This document shows, piece after piece, positions 14,613 through 17,656 of a stretch of 17,656 nt of DNA (its first letter is position 1; every line of letters starts with the position of its first letter). This DNA comes from Vampirovibrionaceae bacterium NZW_1234. Its GTDB lineage: Bacteria; Cyanobacteriota; Vampirovibrionia; Vampirovibrionales; JAGQHJ01. A model generated the notes under the pieces. It ran no database searches. It saw nothing but the letters and a program-made list of their open reading frames with translations, and had not been told where the DNA came from. A program made the position numbers and the translations under genes. Where the stretch lies: the NCBI GenBank assembly GCA_041697335.1, contig JBGUGD010000013.1, forward strand, positions 1 through 17,656, written 5' to 3'.

Positions 14613-16715
14613 TTAAGCCCCCACAAGATGCGTGGATTTTGGGTTCGGATTGATGGGCAGAATAAAGAAGAAACGGCTTCCCCGACCAACTTCGCTCTCC
14701 AAATCCAATGAGCCGCCATGAGCTTCCACAATCATGCGAGACAAATAGAGCCCCAAGCCGGTTCCCACCTGCTTAAACTTCTTAGCCATTGTCTTATACC
14801 GATCAAATAAAGCGGCCCGGTTTTCCGGTTCAATGCCTTCACCGGAATCCTGAACCGAAACCATAATCTGCTCCTCTCCATGGCGCTGGGTCATCAGGGT
14901 CACCCTGCCACCTTCGGGAGTAAAGTGAATGGCATTTTGGACCAGATTGTTCAACACCCGTTGAATTTCAATCGAATCTACCCAAACATTGGGCAGATCT
15001 GCATCCAGATTCAAGTTCAGCGATAACGATTTTTGCTGGGCCAGCGTTTGCAAAGGTGGTATCACGTCGCTTTGAATAAACGCATTTAAATCCGTAGGCT
15101 CCAGCTTCAGCTCAACTTTGCCATCTTCATACATATAGGTTGCCAGCAAGGAGTCTACCAGACGAGACATATAGCGGTTGGATTGGAGAACCTCCTGAAC
15201 AATCTCCTGTTGCTCCTGATTGAGATCCCCAAAGCTGCCACTGGCCAACAAATCCAAGGCCTGATGTTCCGCCCGGATGGGGGTCTTCAAGTCATGGGTC
15301 AATGTCGCCACAAAGGTTTCCTTGGACTGCTCGATGGACTTTTCCAGCGTCATATCCCGTAAGACAATCACATACCCGGAGAGACCTTCATGGACTTCGG
15401 CCACTTTGCCGCCATGTAAGCTCAGATAACGCAGGTTTCCTGTTTCATCCCGAACCGTGACGCTGGACAAAACAGGCTTAATACCAGATCCATCCGCTTG
15501 CTCCGATTCTCTCAGCAAGGAGAATTCCTGGGTGTGAATCGGGCATACAACACCATAATCGCATTGGCATCCCAGAACTTCGTAGAAGTTAATATTCTCG
15601 GCCAAACGCCCATCCTCAGTGAGAGGCATATGAAACCATTGGCAAAACACGGGATTCGCTTCAAGGACCGCCTGATCAGGCCCTAACAGGGCAATCCCAT
15701 CGGCTGAAAAACGAAAAATGACATTCATTTTATCGCGTTCCTGTCGGAGTCGATCCTGCAAATCCTTGAGTCTGAGCGAGGAGAGGACGCGTGCTTTGAC
15801 CTCTTCAATTTTAAAGGGCTTGGTAATGTAGTCATAGGTGCCCTGTTTAAATCCACGCACCATATCCTGGGTTTTGTTCAATGCCGAAATAAAAATGACG
15901 GGAATGGCCTTTGTATTGGGATTGGCCTGTAAATGCTCCAAAACGGCATAGCCATCCATATCCGGCATCATGATATCCAACAAAATTAGATCCGGCTGCT
16001 TGTCCTGGGCCAAACTCAGTGCAGCCTGGCCGCCATAGGCAACCACCACATTCTGTCCCATGCTTTCCAGTGCATCTTTCAGCAATTCCACATTCATTGC
16101 ATTGTCGTCCACCACCAGAACGGTGTGAGCGCTGATATCCTGGCTGCCCACATTGGCACGAGCGGGCTGAGACAAAGTCAGATCTGTTGTCTCTAAAACA
16201 TTGGAAGCCATAGGCTCTGGTCTGGAAGGTTCTGAAAACGACAGGCGGGCGGAAGACTGCAGAACGAATTCTTGGGGCTCTTTAGCCACTAATGACACGG
16301 TTCTGGCTGGTGTGGTTTGAGGGGAAGGAATATAGGATGCCACCATATTGGCAAAGCGGCTAATATCAATAGGCTTTGTGACAATGCCGCTACAGCCTGC
16401 CTCAAGTGCTTTTTCCTGGTCTTCCCGCATGGCAAGAGCCGTAAACGCCAAAACCGGAATCTGACGCAATTCCGGATCCTGCTTCAATCGGCGGGTTGCT
16501 GAAAACCCATCCACATTGGGCATATACATATCCATGAGTATTAAGTCCGGTTTGATCGAGCGCGCCAAGTCAATTCCCGTCATTGCATCTTCCGCCTGAA
16601 AAGTTTGAAAACCCGCCAACTCTAAAAGTTCGCAAGCCATGTCCAGATTCAGCATGTTGTCTTCAATAACGAGAACGGTTCCCCGAGTCCCTTTGACAAT
16701 TTGGGCTGCAGTCAC
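14613..16715 (-). CDS. Hybrid sensor histidine kinase, REC-REC-PAS-HisKA-HATPase
   Basis: Two receivers (DLILMDMYMP...KP; DLILLDIMMP...KP), PAS (SADGIALL...ANPVFC...VLRDMT), H box THDLKTP, N box NLVQNAIHFT, DSGEGI, GTGLGL. GTG start with AGGAGG RBS. No TM segment seen. Confidence 0.95.
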   Translation of the reverse strand: MTAAQIVKGTRGTVLVIEDNMLNLDMACELLELAGFQTFQAEDAMTGIDLARSIKPDLILMDMYMPNVDGFSATRRLKQDPELRQIPVLAFTALAMREDQEKALEAGCSGIVTKPIDISRFANMVASYIPSPQTTPARTVSLVAKEPQEFVLQSSARLSFSEPSRPEPMASNVLETTDLTLSQPARANVGSQDISAHTVLVVDDNAMNVELLKDALESMGQNVVVAYGGQAALSLAQDKQPDLILLDIMMPDMDGYAVLEHLQANPNTKAIPVIFISALNKTQDMVRGFKQGTYDYITKPFKIEEVKARVLSSLRLKDLQDRLRQERDKMNVIFRFSADGIALLGPDQAVLEANPVFCQWFHMPLTEDGRLAENINFYEVLGCQCDYGVVCPIHTQEFSLLRESEQADGSGIKPVLSSVTVRDETGNLRYLSLHGGKVAEVHEGLSGYVIVLRDMTLEKSIEQSKETFVATLTHDLKTPIRAEHQALDLLASGSFGDLNQEQQEIVQEVLQSNRYMSRLVDSLLATYMYEDGKVELKLEPTDLNAFIQSDVIPPLQTLAQQKSLSLNLNLDADLPNVWVDSIEIQRVLNNLVQNAIHFTPEGGRVTLMTQRHGEEQIMVSVQDSGEGIEPENRAALFDRYKTMAKKFKQVGTGLGLYLSRMIVEAHGGSLDLESEVGRGSRFFFILPINPNPKSTHLVGA

Positions 16716-16836
16716 GAAATCCTCCTACCGGAAAAAAAGCACCATATTACATTGTTGTTATGGCTGTTCCCTCAGGGACACCCGCTAGAATGCCACACCA
16801 AGGTCATTCCTATTATGCATAGGCACAAAAAAGAAT

Positions 16837-17656
16837 GGTAATTATCCCTTTACAACACGTAAGCCTTTTGCTAAACTGAACACAGTTAAAGCATGGGCTT
16901 GGTTAAATGGAAAAGTTCACAGTAAAGCAATTTCACGATAAGTACCCCGATGATGACGCTTGTTTACAAGAACTGTTTGAGCATCGCTATGGGGAATTAG
17001 TGGCTTGTCCTAACTGTCAGAAGCCTGCTAAATTTTATCGAGTCAAAAACCGGAAGTGCTACAAATGCGCTTTTTGCGCCTATGAACTGCATCCTTTGGC
17101 TGATACCATCTTTCATAAGTCTTCCACCAACCTGAAAAACTGGTTCTTTGCCATTTACTTGTTTGCCAACTCTAAAAACGGCGTATCCGCAATGGAGTTA
17201 CAACGCCATTTAGGCGTAACCTACAAGACCGCTTGGCGAATGGCTAAACAGATCCGGTTGCTGTTTCAAGACCAGGATCAAGACGATAGCCCGCTTGGCG
17301 GTATTGTTGAAGCTGATGAAACCTATGTCGGCGGCAAACGTAAGGGTAAACGTGGTCGTGGTGCTGATGGTAAAATACCCGTCATCGGTATCGTGGAACG
17401 TGATGGGGAAGTCAAAGCTATGGTTAGCGTTGACACTAAGGCGTCAACCATTTTGCCTTTCTTGAATGATAACGTTGAGCAAGGCACCACTGTAATGACC
17501 GATGAATACCGCTCTTACACCCGTGTTTCACTGCAAGGTTTTAAACACCAAAAAGTGAACCACGGTGCTGGCCAGTATGTTATTGGTGATGCCCACACAA
17601 ACACAATTGAAGGCTTTTGGAGCCAATTAAAACGGAGTATTAACGGCACCTATCAC
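16837..17656 (+). mobile_element. IS1595-family insertion sequence (ISNwi1-like left end), partial
   Basis: GGTAATTATCCC at 16837 fits the GGnnATTAT end type, 70 bp before the transposase. Right end is outside the window, so the boundary is inferred. Confidence 0.8.
16907..17656 (+). CDS. IS1595-family (ISXO2-like) DDE transposase, 3' end outside window
   Basis: Hand translation, 250 open codons: zinc ribbon CPNC...YKCAFC, HTH SAMELQRHLGVTYKTAW, VEADETYVGG, VMTDE, VNH, HTNTIEGFWSQLKR. Confidence 0.96.
   Translation, partial: MEKFTVKQFHDKYPDDDACLQELFEHRYGELVACPNCQKPAKFYRVKNRKCYKCAFCAYELHPLADTIFHKSSTNLKNWFFAIYLFANSKNGVSAMELQRHLGVTYKTAWRMAKQIRLLFQDQDQDDSPLGGIVEADETYVGGKRKGKRGRGADGKIPVIGIVERDGEVKAMVSVDTKASTILPFLNDNVEQGTTVMTDEYRSYTRVSLQGFKHQKVNHGAGQYVIGDAHTNTIEGFWSQLKRSINGTYH

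Overview
Bacterial accessory region with a mobile element at each end. Left end: the right boundary of an integrative element. It carries a tyrosine integrase with an N-terminal excisionase-like HTH (minus strand, runs off the window, missing from the ORF track) and a truncated tRNA-Arg(ACG) att copy behind a near-consensus sigma70 promoter. Right end: an IS1595-family element (partial, also missing from the ORF track). Between them lie two VOC proteins, a GT4 glycosyltransferase, a GT2 split by one in-frame TGA, a collapsed higBA relic, a PRC-barrel/YsnF protein, two SAM methyltransferases, an OsmC protein, a hybrid histidine kinase, a divergent PRPP synthetase, an ankyrin protein and four orphans. 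Most striking signal: the four orphans, the ankyrin protein and the PRPP synthetase all have a short N-terminal leader ending in Arg-Phe-Gly (one RFR variant). None of the other genes has it. This suggests an undescribed export/targeting tag. The style recalls Vampirovibrionia (Melainabacteria), but that assignment is inference. A ~230-nt rod-like candidate ncRNA lies at 6658-6888. All family calls come from motif recognition by eye; no searches were run.
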